Positions 35,959 through 48,082 of a stretch of 62,000 nt of DNA are shown here, piece after piece. The stretch spans positions 16,369,241-16,431,240 of the forward strand of contig NC_057750.1 in NCBI RefSeq assembly GCF_004010195.1, written 5' to 3'. Made by a program: the position numbers and the translations under genes. A model generated the notes under the pieces. That model ran no database searches and had not been told where the DNA came from. It was given only the letters and a program-made list of their open reading frames with translations. The number at the start of each line of letters is the position of its first letter. The first letter of the stretch is position 1. Source of the stretch: Chiloscyllium plagiosum. Lineage: Eukaryota.

Positions 35959-38463
35959 GTCAACAAGTGTGACGCTGGAAAAGCACAGCCAGTCAGGCAG
36001 AATCCAAGGAGCAAGAGAATGTAGGTTTCAGGCATAAGCCCTTCATCAGGAATGAGGCTTGTGGGCTGGGGGGTTGGGGGTAAGGTAGCTGGGAATCTGC
36101 TAGGTAGATGAAGCTGGGGGTGAAAGTGATAGGTCGGAGAGAAGGGTGGAGTGAATAGGTGGGAAGGAAGATGGATAGGTAGGACCATTCAAGAGGGCGG
36201 TGCCCCGAGTTGGAAACTTGGTACTTGGATAAGGTGGGGAATGGGGAAATGAGGAAACTGGTGAAATCCACATTGATCATGTGTGGTTGCAGGGTCCCAA
36301 CGCAGAAGATGAAGTGTTCTTCCTCAAGGCATCGGGTGGTTAGGGTTTGGCGACGGAGGAGGCCCAGGACCTGCATGTCCTTGGCGAAGTGAGAGGGGGA
36401 GTTGAAGTGTTCAGCCACGGGGTGGTGGGGTTGATTGGTGCGGGTGTCCGGAGGTGTTCTCTGAAACGATCTGCAAGTTGGCGTCCTGTCTCGCCAACGT
36501 AGAGAAGACCACACCAGGTGCAACAGATACAGTAGATCACATGTGTGAAAGTAGATGACATCTGTCAGATGTGGAAGGATCCTTTGGGGCCTTAGATGGA
36601 GGTGAGGGGGGGAGGTGAGGGGGTAAGTAAGGGGAGAGGTAAGGGGGGAGGTGACTGGGGGAGGTATGGGTGCAGGTTTTGCACTTCTTGTAGTAGCGGG
36701 GGAAGATGCCGGGAAGGGAGGGTGGGTTGGTTGGGGATGTGAACCTGACAATGGAGTTGCGGAGGGAATGGTCCCTCCAAAACACAGATAGGGGCCACCC
36801 CTTGAACCCCAGCCCTCCAATCGCAACAAGGACAGAAGCCCCCTGGTCCTCACATTTCACCCCACCAAACTCGGGATACTGTTATGACACAGGGTAAATA
36901 TCCCCTGCTAATTTACACCAGTAACACAGAAATGATTTAATCCGTGCTGTTATCTGTTAAAATTCAAGAGTCCAAGAACTATCCCGACAATCACTATTTA
37001 GAGTAAAAATTAACAACTTTATTCTTTTTTAAAAGTCTAACAGAGAATAATTAACTAACAACTATCTGCAACTCCTTCCTCTAACCTACCTTTTACTTTC
37101 CCTTCTATAATACCGGTCCAATAAAACCCCTGATTACAATTTACCAAAAAACTCAAATTTCGAAACCAGCCAGCTGTTGAATCTTCTCTTTGTATCTTCC
37201 TCTGTCTTCTTTTCTTCTTCTTAGGGATTTCAATTTTACAGGTCACTGATAGATAAAGGTACCTCTAAGAGAGCTCTTCTGCGAGCAGTCTGCATATGTT
37301 GGTGGCTTGGCAGTTCTCCTCCAACTGTTCAATTTTTTTTCAGTTTTATACCCCAAAGTATCGGGTCATTTCATTGGTGTTAATATTGCCAAAATACTAA
37401 ATTCAAACTTGATTGGAGTTTCATATCTTGGGGCATAATTTAAACTGATTGGCCGACTTTTTCTCAAAGCAACCCAAGTACTGCTAGTTGCTGGACCAAA
37501 TGTTACATTGTAAATTCGCCAGCACTCTGTGTGCTTGCTAAGTTCTTCAATGCTCTTAAAGGTACAGAACCCCTCTACACCTTCATAACAGTACATTGCA
37601 TTATCCTGTGCTATTTCCGCCATCAGAGACATATTTCCCTCCCAACCCCTATCTGTGTTTCAGAGATACTATTCCCTCTGTGACTCTTGTCAGGTCCACG
37701 CCCCCCAGCAACTCACCCTCCCCTCCAAGCACCTTCCCCTGCCACTGCAAGAAGTACAAAACCTGTGCCCACACCTCCCCCCCACACCTCCGTCCAAGGT
37801 GCCAAAGGATCCTTCCACATCAGAGATTCACTGTATTGCCACACATGTCATCTTCTGTATCCGTTGCACCCGATGTGGTCTCCTTTACATTGGGCAGACA
37901 GGACTCCAGTTTGTGGATTGTTTCAGAGAACATCTCTGGCACACCCGCACCAATCAACCCAACCGTCTCGTGTCTGAACACTTTAACTACCCCTCTCACT
38001 CCACCAAAGATATGCAGCTCCTGGATCTCTTCCTGCCAAACGCTAACTACCCGATGTTTGGAGGAAAAACACCTCATTTTCCGTCTTGAGACCCTGCAAC
38101 CACACAGCATCAGTGTCGATTTCACCAGTTTCCTCATTTCCCCTCCCCCCACGCCCAGTCCCAACCTTCCAACTTAGCACCGCCCTCTTGAACGGTCCTA
38201 CCTGTCCATCTTCCTTCCTGCCTATCTGCTCCACTTATCACTTTCACCCCCAGCTTCATCTACTTATCACATAGCCAGGTACCCTCCCCCCAGCTCCACA
38301 CCCGCTCCCATTAATCTCTCAACACCCCCCATTCTTGATGAAGGGCTTATGCCCAAAACGCCGACTCTCCTGCTCCTCGGATGCTGCCTGACCGGCTGTG
38401 CTCTTCCAGCATCACACTCTTCGACTCTAATCTCCAGCATCTGCAGTCCTCACTTTCTTCTAT
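35959..38463. mobile_element. Penelope-like element with a large inversion (minus arm 35959-36792; plus arm 36793-38463), GIY-YIG endonuclease in both arms
   Basis: 12-bp TSD ATGATCACCAAA at 35947-58 and 38464-75; VIYCICCTWCGLLYVGETGRQLADRFREH and VIFCIRCTRCGLLYIGQTG..FREH..VSEHFN; decayed hammerheads at about 36022-49(-) and 38335-62(+). Confidence 0.93.
36880..37590. mobile_element. Solo LTR (711 bp) inserted in the PLE ORF
   Basis: Inverted termini TGTTATGA...TCATAACA; 4-bp TSD ATAC/GTAC; the PLE frame LTFHPTKLGI|HCIILCYFRH rejoins across it. Confidence 0.88.
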
Positions 38464-38879
38464 ATGATCACCAAATTCACAGTGACATCTTTGCCTATGT
38501 AAAAGCCCACTGACAGAATCATCACTGCATGGTCAGTGTGTGGTTGACCAGCTGAGGTTCAGTAACTCACATTTTTCCTCCCTAAGTCAGAACATTGTAG
38601 ATTCAACTCCAGTTCCAGTAGTACAAGTACTGTAGTATAGCAGAGCAATACAGGGAAAGTGCTGCACTGCTGACGGAGCCATTTCTGAGCTGAGGTTCTG
38701 TCTTTCCACTCTGAAGATTATAAAAGAGTTTACATGGCTAGTGTTCTATTTATTCTTTTATGGGAAGTGGACATTGCTGTCTAGACTGGGATTTATTGTG
38801 CAACCCTAATTGCCCCTTGATAAGGTGGAGTCCAATCATTTTCCTGAACCACTGCAGTCCATTGGGGTGTAGATACACC

Positions 38880-39085
38880 AAACAGACCCTTTGGTCCAAC
38901 CCGTCCATGCCGACCAGATATCCCAACCCAATCTAGTCCCACCCCACAGCACCTGGCCCATATCCCTCCAAACTGGGTGCTGGAGGGTGGGACTATATTG
39001 GGTTGGGATAGCTGGTCAGCATGGATAGGTTGGACCGAAGGGTCTGTTTCCATGTTGTACATCTCTATGACTCTATGGCTCTAAG
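38880..39085. mobile_element. Inverted pair of CR1/HER1 3' tails (hairpin)
   Basis: 38880-38956 is the near reverse complement of 38973-39049; followed by a (ctctatga)n tail. Confidence 0.85.
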
Positions 39086-39397
39086 TTTTCGAGAGGGAGT
39101 TTCAAGATCTTGACCCAGCGACACTGAAGGAATAGCAATAATATTTCCAAGTCTTAGAGAGGGACATGCAGGTTGTGATGTTCCCAAATATCTGTCGGCT
39201 TTCTAGGTGATAGATGTCGTGGGTTTAGAAGATGTTGTTGAAAGAGCCTTAGAGAATTGCATCTCACTGATGTACACAACCATAGTTTACACCTGTACTG
39301 AAAGTCCTAATGTGAGGGAACGAATGCAAAACACTGCAATTGTTGGAAATCTCAAATACACATCAAGATGAAATGTTAACTGTTTCTCTCTCCATAG

Positions 39398-39589
39398 TTA
39401 AAAATCACACAACACCAGGTTATAGTCCAACAGGTTTATTTGGAAGCACTAGCTTTCAGAGCGCTGCTCCTTCATCAGGTGGTTGTGACCGAAAGCTCAT
39501 GCTTCCAAATAAACCTGTTGGACTATAACCTGGTGTTGTGTGATTTTTAACTTTGTACACCCTAGTTCAACACCGGCGTCTCCAAATCA
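39398..39589. mobile_element. PLE mini-element, family B, nested in an older family C copy
   Basis: TSD TCTCTCTCCATAG at 39385-97 and 39590-602; near-perfect inverted arms. Confidence 0.9.
39447..39481 (-). ncRNA. Minimal hammerhead ribozyme motif, family B (best-preserved copy)
   Basis: Minus strand: cac-CTGATGA-A-GGAGC-AGC-GCTCT-GAAAG-CTA-gtg; stem I cac/gtg, 5-bp stem II, AGCT palindrome. Confidence 0.8.
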
Positions 39590-40619
39590 TCTCTCTCCAT
39601 AGACACTGCCAAACCTACTGAGTATTCCCAAGCTCTCTTGATTTGTAGTCTGAGGGGGCTTTCTGCTGTAACTATGGGATATTCATGGCGGGGAGATGAA
39701 CTTTCGTGACTCCTTTTGGAGCAACCAAAAGCATGAAGGGAATAAATGACGTTCAGCTGCACACCTCCTTCCTGACCTGTGCACGTTGCACAAGCGCAGC
39801 CTTTGGTGAGGCAGTCCTCTTCCTGTAAAGTGCAGTGTTCTAGAGCAGGAACAACATTCAACAAAGCAGACTGCAGGGTTGTCCTGTCTGCAATCGTGAA
39901 ATAATCCCATAAACAAGTGCAACACACATCAGAGAAGACACATGATTTTTAACATCAAGTACTGCTTTTGTTCCATCTGTTATAAAATCCTTAATAAGTC
40001 AACATAACAAAAGTTTGCAAGGACTCTGAAAGGAAAGATTGTAATTTACATGCAAATCACTTGCATTGTCTTGTCACTCTGATACTTGACATCAGAACAT
40101 GTTGAAACTTGTTGTGACATCACTGATGTTGCAGATTTTTGTTTCATTTGATGGGATGTAGGCGTCACTGACAAGACCAGCATTTGTCGCAGCCCTAGTG
40201 GTCTGCTAGGCCTTTTCATAGTCAACAATATTGCTGTGAGTCTGGATTTGCATTCAGGCTAAACCAGGGAAGGCTGCAGATTTCCTTCCCTAACAGATAT
40301 TGGTGGAGCAGATGGATGTTTAAAACAATCAATAGCTTCATAAACTTTCTTTTATTAATTGCTTTGAAATTCTACTAGTTGTAGTGAGACTTGAAACCAT
40401 TTCAGCAACACGTTGGCATGGGTCTCTAGCCCAATAGACATTACTGCTAGACCAACACCTTTCCCTAGGAGACAGACATCTACCACCCAGATCATAGAAT
40501 CATACAATAACATAGCAATGAAGGAGGCTATTTGTCCCATTGTATCTATGTTGAGTCTTTGAAAAAGCTACCCAATTAGTCCCACTCTTCCTACTCTTTC
40601 AGCAAGTCATCATCACTAA

Positions 40620-42330
40620 GAGGTGGGATGGGAAAGTCGATTTGAGTAGGACTCGAGACATAAAAAAGGACAAGATTTTTCTCATCTGTCATCTACTCTG
40701 ACTCAGAGAGGAGCCAATTGGAGCAGCAGCCGCAGCAGAGGACAGCAGCGCAGACCAGAGCAGAGTAACTGTGACCATGAACTGAGGCAACAGAGCTGCC
40801 CAATAAATCTTGAGGGGTGGGACCCAGATTGAGGTCAGTTGGAGCAGCAGCTAAACTCCAACAGGAACCCTGCCAGAACCTGAAAAGGCCGACAAAAGTG
40901 ATATTGGGGTAAAGCAGTGAACTGATTGGTAGGTGGTAGGTAAATTGATTTTGTCCATCTTAAAAGCTCCATTCAGGAAATATATGAATTCTAGCTTTCT
41001 TTTAAAAGAAACCTTACTTAATTTTCTACTTGTCTTAAACCTTAACTAAAGGTATACAAGGGGAGCTCAGTCCTGTATACTTCATGGCCTGCAGTGTGTG
41101 AGAAATCTCAGATTCAACAGACAACTGGATGCCTTGTTGTCTGTAATGATAGAGATGTCAAACCATAAATGTAAGAAGTTTGATGACAAAGTTTTCAGAT
41201 GACCTGATAATTGGTCGTGTGATATATAGTGAGGAGGAATCTTAGTGTAAATGTGGTCAAATTGACTGAACAATGGCAAATGGATTTTAATCCTGAAAAG
41301 TATGAGGTGTTTGGGAGGAATAACAAAGCATGGGAATACGTAATGAATGGAAAGTCCAAGGATGTGCAGAGGATTAATGAGAACTTGATGTACAGTCCCC
41401 TGAAGACAACAGTATAAATGAATAAGGTGGTTAAGAAGGCATATGGAATACTTGCCTTTGTTAGTTATAGCATTAAATACCGAGAGAAGGAGGCTACAGT
41501 GAAGCTGTATATAATGTTAGTTAAGCCACAGCAAAAGAACTGGGTCTGCACAGTGTTTAGCACTACTGCCTCACAGCGCCAGGGACCCAGGCTTGATTCC
41601 ACCCTCCAAACTGAATGTGTGGAGTTTGCACATTCTCCCCATGTCTGTGTGGGTTTCCTCCTGGTGCTCCAGTTTCCTCCCATGGTCCAAAGATGTCCAA
41701 AATTGCTTATCATGTCCAGGGAAATGCAGGCTGGGTGGATTAGCCATGGGAAATGTAGATTACAGGGATAGGTTAGGGGTGTGGATCTGGGTGGGATGTT
41801 ATTCAGAGGGTCAGTATGACTCAATGGGCTAAATGGCCTTCTTCACACTGTCAGGATTCTATACTGTGTGCATTTCTGGTCACCAGGCTAGAGGAAGTTG
41901 TGGTTACACTGGAGAGAGTGCAGAGGAGACTCACCAGGATGTTACCTGGTCTGGAGTTTTTCAACTATGAGGAAAGTCTAGATAGGCTGAGATTCTCCTT
42001 AGAGCAGAGAAGGCTGCTGGAAGTCCTGATTGAGGTCTACAAAATTATAAATGCCATGGACAGGAATAAACGTCTCCCATAGGAGGATGTTCAGTTAACG
42101 GGGGGCATAGATTTAAGATAAAAGGCAGGCTATTTAAAGAAAGAACTTTTTCACCTAGAGGTTGTTGGGCATTAGAATTCACTGCTGAAAGGAGAGTAAA
42201 ATACACATTAGTGAAGTATTTAGACAATCTTTTGAAATGCCAATAGCATACAGGGCCAAGTGCTGGAAAAGGGACTAGAGTGGATAGGTGCTTGACAAAT
42301 GGCACAGACATGATGGGCCAAAAGGCCTCT
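40620..42330 (+). mobile_element. Internally deleted CR1 (5' UTR/ORF1 start joined to 3' RT end) with an HE1 SINE at about 41545-41862
   Basis: QWQMDFNPEKYEVFG, VVKKAYGILAF, LERVQRRLTRMLPGLE; SINE core matches 18275. Confidence 0.75.
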
Positions 42331-42917
42331 TTACATTCCAGTACTCAAAAGGGGAGCCACGCTTTGCCATGTAAATACTGGGATCCTGGGAACTGTCAGA
42401 CCTGGACTTTCCTCTTGTCGCCCTAGGATGGGACTCTTTAAGGATGAGAACTCCACTGGCAGCATCAGCCAGAAAACCCATCCTGACTGAAGCTTCTGGT
42501 CAGTCCGAGGCTGAGAACTGCACTGTGTCATTGAAGACCCAGGCTGCTCATCCATGAAGACTGTAACTGGCAGGAAGGTGAGTGGGAAATCACAGGGAGT
42601 GGGCAGTAAGGAGAGGGGTTCATCAGGGCTAGAGACTAGGATAGGCCACCTATCCCCAGATCAGGGTAAGAGGATCCCTCCCTTCCCCAATCTGGCTGGC
42701 AGGTCACCTTCGATCCCCTGTCAGGAAGGTAACCACATTACTCGCTAGGAAAGCAGGTAATTGGTTGGTGATACATTGAGGCAGTTGAGTGGTCATTAAT
42801 TGATCACTGAAGGTGTTAATTGGTAGCAGGTTCAGACAGCCTGCTGAAAATGTTTCATCCTGTGTTATGTTTAAATCATCAATTGAAGAAATGAAAATTC
42901 AGTCCCGACAAAGCGCA

Positions 42918-43892
42918 GACTGTCTGAGGGTCAGTTCGAAATGAGTGCTGTACTGTCAGAGGGGCAGTGATGAAGGAATGCTGCACTGTCAGAGGAGCAG
43001 AGCTGAGGGAGTGCCACACTGTCAGAGGGGCAGTGCTGAAGGAATGCTGCACTGTCAGAGGGGCAGTGCTGAAGGAATGCCGCACTATCAGAGGGGCAGT
43101 GCTGAGGGAGTGCCACACTGTCAGAGGGGTAGTGCTGAGGGAATGCTGCACTGTCAGAGGGGCAGAGCTGAAGGAACGCTGCACTGTCAGATGGGCAGAG
43201 CTGAGGGAGTGCCACACTGTCAGAGGGGCAGAGCTGAGGGAATGCTGTACTGTCAGAGGGGCAGAGCTGAGGGAGTGCCACACTGTCAGAAGGGCAGAGC
43301 TGAGGGATTGCTGCACTGTCTGAAGGTCAGTGCTGAGGGAATGCTGCACTGTCAGAGGGGCAGAGCTGAGGGAATGCTGTACTGTCAGAGGGGCAGAGCT
43401 GAGGGAGTGCCACACTGTCAGAAGGGCAGTGCTGAGGGATTGCTGCACTGTCTGAAGGTCAGTGCTGAGGGAATGCTGCACTGTCCAAGGGGCAGAGCTG
43501 AGGGAGTGCCACACTATCAGAAGGGCAGTGCTGAGGGAGTGCCACATTGTCAGAGGGGCAGAGCTGAAGGAATGCTGCACTGTCAGAGGGACAGTGCTGA
43601 AGGAATACTGCACTGTCAGAGGGACAGTGCTGAAGGAATGCTGCACTGTCAGAGGGGCAGTGCTGAAGGAATACTGCACTGTCTGAGGAGCAGTGCTGAG
43701 GGAGTGCTGCAGTGTCAGCGAGTCAGCTCTCAGGGAGTGCCACAATGTCTAAGGGGTAGTACAGAGGGAGTGCTGCACTATCAGACAGTCAGTACTGAGG
43801 GACTGCCACACTGTCCGATGGGCAGTGCTGCACTGTCTGAAGGTCAGTACTGAGGGAGTGCTGCATTGTCACATGGTCAATACTGAGGGAGT
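42918..43892. repeat. 33-bp minisatellite (about 29 units; cagaggggcagtgctgagggaatgctgcactgt)
   Basis: Direct tandem units; produces 11-aa periodic ORFs on both strands. Confidence 0.97.
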
Positions 43893-44260
43893 CTTTCTGA
43901 TAAACATTTTAAAAATCTGTGTCAAAGAACTCTGCTGTTCTGGGCAATATTTGTAAATCCCACATCATCACAGTGGCAAAAGCACTTATTAGCCTGTAAA
44001 GTGCTTTCAGCAATCCAGGGGCTGGGATATGCACTATATAAATTTAAATTACTTTTTTTTATCTTTTGAACACAAAAATGGTGAAGGATTTCACCTGATT
44101 GTAAGTAATTCAGCATAAGTCAAGCAGCTGTAGGAAGATATGCAGTGAAGCAGGTTTTTACTCATGTTAGTACAGTTTATCTGTGATTTCATGTTTGCAC
44201 TAATTTCTAAGTCTAGCCTTTCTAGATGAGGAAAGAGTGGTCCTTAGTAATGAAACCTAC

Positions 44261-44502
44261 TGTAGTAATTGGAACTAGTTGGATCTTTTTAAGTATGAGA
44301 TCCATGATTGGGCCAGTCAGGAAAGCCCTGGCTGATCAATATAACAGGAGATCAGAATCTCCTCAGAAAAAAAATATAACCAGGAGATTAGAATCTCCTT
44401 AGTTCAGGGGATTGACTCCGAGCTGGCTGGCCACAGTGTACAGAGTACAAGTAAACAAGGATGCCTTGGTGATGGGAGACTGGCCTCTGTACAGTTATTT
44501 CA
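44261..44502. mobile_element. Short solo LTR
   Basis: TG...CA termini; 5-bp TSD CCTAC/CCTTC; internal duplication of atataac(c)aggagat(c/t)agaatctcct. Confidence 0.65.
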
Positions 44503-45743
44503 CCTTCCATGGTTGATTAGCCTTCTAATGCACATGACCTAAGCTGTGACCAATAATGATCGATTGAACAATGTTAGAAAGCAAGGTGAGAAAGCAAACA
44601 AGTGAACAAAGGAGAAAGACTTGTGTTTATATTTATATTGCACTTTCCATAACCAATGTGTTTAAAGTGGTTTACAGCCAACTTAAGTTTCTATGTCACT
44701 TTTGCAATATAGAAAACACAGCAGCCAATTTCTACTCAACTTCCAAACCTGCAGGTAACAAGGGAACATCAATAACTGCAAGCTCCTCTTCAAGCCACTC
44801 ACCATCTTGAGTTGGAAATAATATCTCCGTTTCTCCACTGATATCAATTTCCCTAATTGTGAGGGAAATGTTCTGCAGGGGTTCAAGAAGGCTGCTCACC
44901 AAGAAGGGTGACTGTGGATAAGCAACAAGTGCTGACCTTGTGTGCAACATCCACATCCTGTGAAGGAATGAAAACAAACTCACACAAACAATCGATAATG
45001 GTGAGATAATCTGATTTTTGTGAAGTAAATTGAGGAATAAACATTGCTTGCGCCTCTTCAAAATACTGTCATGTGATCTGACTAACTGATATTGATACTA
45101 GAGAAGTCAGATCCCAGAGTGAAACCTAATTTGATGGTTTAATTTTTGCTGTTCATTACCATGGTAATTAATCGCTGGAACATGTTCACATGAGGTTGCG
45201 GGTGTTCTTTCACAGGATAATACAAGTTCATCACACAAAACAAACAAACAACATAAGCAACAAAATAAAATTTCAACCTGTTTCCCAGCAATATCCTTTA
45301 CAGATCCTCAGTCCCCAAAAAAATCACTCTTATTTTAATTCCATAATTTCTTACTTAACTGATTCTTTTCAGTTCTCTTCTTGGATTGTTGAGACAGAAT
45401 TATGGCGACTTTCCAGTTCTATTGGCCTCTTTTCAGTTATGATGTCCTAAATTCGTTTTAGTTCTGGCAAATTGAAAACTTCCATGCAAATTCTTACAGC
45501 TTGGAGACTTTACGAACTATAATCTTCTAACAGAGTGATAGTTCTGCTTTCCATAACCAAACTACAGAGTAGCACCCAGTTTGTTTTTTATATACATATA
45601 TATATCATAAAACTCGCCAGACTAAATGCTACATTAATTAACTCACACTTGACTGAATCACATGCTTTCTTGGAAATGATGTTTTTAGGTCACTGTGTCA
45701 AATGACTCTTTTTTAAAAAAAAGAATAGCAACCTTCTCAGAAT

Positions 45744-46318
45744 TGTTATGGACCAGCCAGACCCCCTCAAAACATTTCAAGAAAGTAGCCCAGACCCTAA
45801 CTTTGCTAATTGTTTTAAGCAGGTGTATAGTGGTTATTCCAGGAGAGATGCAGCTGGTCAAACCACTTATTTTTAAACAAAGATTACCAAATGAAACACA
45901 AACAAAAGAGAACAGAATACCAAATAACTTAATGGTGCTGTTTCCAACACTTGCAACAATCCCCATAAACACCCTTTGGCACAAAAGGTAAAATCAAACA
46001 CAGGGTCTTACAGGAGAGAAGTCAGAAAGAGAGATTGGCATGGATCTGCTTCTTTGGGTCCAGCAATTGTTTTCATCTCTGCTATTCTAGAACCTAATCA
46101 AACCAGAGAAAAGCTGAGCTGGGAGAACTGGCCACTCCCTTTTCATTGTACAAGTTTTCTTTTAAACTGAAAAGCCTTTTTCCTGAGACAGTATCCGTTA
46201 GCTATAATCAAATTGGCCCTAAAATCCTTCAACTTAGACTTTTTGGAGTCTGTGTCTTTTATGACCTCACTGATAGAAAACCAAGGACAACATACCTTAA
46301 AGGAGCAGCATTGTCACA
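45744..46318. mobile_element. Solo LTR (575 bp), probably nested in an older LTR (about 45085-46390)
   Basis: TGTTATG...TGTCACA with a perfect 4-bp TSD GAAT. Confidence 0.85.
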
Positions 46319-47469
46319 GAATGGATACATAAGACCATCAATCTCTACCTTAAAAATCCAAATTTGCAATTGGTAGTAATATATTATACACCTTCATCAT
46401 ATGTGGGATCCTTTATATCCATCTAGGAGATCACATTGGAGCCATTGTTTAACATCTCATCTGAAAGATGGCACCTCCAATAATGCAGTTCTCCTTCAAG
46501 ACTGTACTGGTCATTTTGTGCTCAAGGCTAAAGTAGGACTTGAACTCAGAACCTGGGGACTTTAGAGGTAAGAGTGCTACCATTCTAAGTCATAAAGGAC
46601 AGAAGGAAGCCACTCAGCCTATTGTGTCTGTGCTGGCTCATTGAAAGAGCTATTGATTAATCCCACTCACATGTGTTTTTCTGTCGCCCTATATAAATTT
46701 GATTAGTTTATGATTTGTATGATTTCACTTTTAACAACAATAGCTTCTGTTCCTGAGCTTCCTGCAAAGTAATAGAAAGAGACCATTTATTTAAAGGAGT
46801 TTGAACGGTTGCCAAACCCACATGGATTTGGAGCGCAGCTGGCTGAGGGCAGGTTAGGAAAGTTCAAATATTTTGTTTTGTTTTGAATAGAGGCAAGACA
46901 TTTTTAAAAATCAACAGTAACAACTGAAAGAAAATGGCAATTTATCTTCCAAAAGACAGGGAAAAAAATCAAAAATTTAAATTAGGTCATTTGTCCAAAC
47001 CCACTCACAACAAAAGAATCCATTCTGAACAACTGAATCCTGGGCAGTTCATCACAGATACATATGTCATAGGTTTACACTGACCAAATAACTGAAATTT
47101 AATAGGAATTAGGAACGGGAGTAGGCAATTCAGCCCTTCATGCCCACTCTGCCATTTAACATGATCATGGCTAATCTTGACCTGGTCTCACCTCCACTCT
47201 CCGACCTGTTCCCCATAGCCCTTTATCCCATTCTTCATCAGAAACATATCTGTTTCTTTCTTGAATCTGTTGATTGTTTCGGCCCCCCACTGCATTCTGT
47301 GGAGATTCACAATTCTCTGAGAGAAGTCAATTCTCCTCGTCTCAGTTTTGGATATATTTCCTTTCGCTGAATACCTATGCCTACATATCTATACAGCTAC
47401 GCCGCTATATCTAATGTGTCATAAGTTTTATGGTTCCAACTGGTATTACTATCGGTCAAGCCAGATCCC

Positions 47470-47692
47470 AGACTGAATGACAGAAGAGTGGCCTGAAGAC
47501 AGCATCACAGTTGGGATGAGGAATCAGCATTAGCTGGAGAAGAACTTGGAAGTGGGAGGGTTTGGATCCAGTTGTCATGGTCCATGGAATTGCCAATGAC
47601 ATAGGTTGAATTAGGAAAGAGGTTCCACATGCCAGCATGAAACACTAGGTACAAAATTAAGAAGCAGAACCCCACAGGTAATAATCTCTGAA
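47470..47692 (+). mobile_element. CR1 ORF1 (SGNH esterase-like) fragment
   Basis: Translates to LDPVVMVHGIANDIG..RKEV and LGTKLRSRTPQVIIS. Confidence 0.75.
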
Positions 47693-47846
47693 AAATCATC
47701 TGTTAAATCAAATGATATTAACACAATAAAAAGATATCACCTAAATACAGGAAACCAGAATATAGAAAAAGCCTGGGAAAAGATGAGTAACAATAAATAA
47801 TGTATTCTTTGGAGTTTCGAAGAGTCAGAGGTGACTTAATTGAAAC

Positions 47847-48082
47847 ATGATTTACATATGAAAGAAGTGAAACTATCATGGTATTCTAACAGATGAAAGA
47901 CTCAACAAACAATCATGATATTTTTCAATGTATAATTTCAGTTACATCACACTGTAAACTTTTGCTATAAATTCTGTGTCTTACAATTGTGTCCTCCACA
48001 ACCACCTGATGAAAGAACGGTGCTCTGAAAGCTAGTGCTTCCAATTAAACCTGTTGGGCTATAATCTGGTGTTGTGTGATTT
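47847..48082 (+). mobile_element. PLE 3' end/pLTR, family B, within a CR1 3' fragment (47790-48450)
   Basis: TSD TTAATTGAAAC at 47836-46 and 48083-93. Confidence 0.85.
48003..48037 (+). ncRNA. Minimal hammerhead ribozyme motif, family B
   Basis: cac-CTGATGA-A-AGAAC-GGT-GCTCT-GAAAG-CTA-gtg; core intact, one stem II mismatch. Confidence 0.75.

Noticed and set aside
35993..36853. 286-aa ORF as an intact homing endonuclease gene
   Set aside because: Frameshifted chimera across the PLE inversion junction; GIY-YIG motifs are split between frames.
39640..39930. Non-repeat stretch with overlapping Cys-rich minus-strand ORFs
   Set aside because: No domain pattern or splice support that I can see; possibly regulatory but unsupported.
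42879..43853. 288-aa and 302-aa ORFs with 11-aa periodicity; superficially a repeat protein or CRISPR array
   Set aside because: Artefact of a 33-bp minisatellite; there are no unique spacers, no cas genes, and the DNA is eukaryotic.
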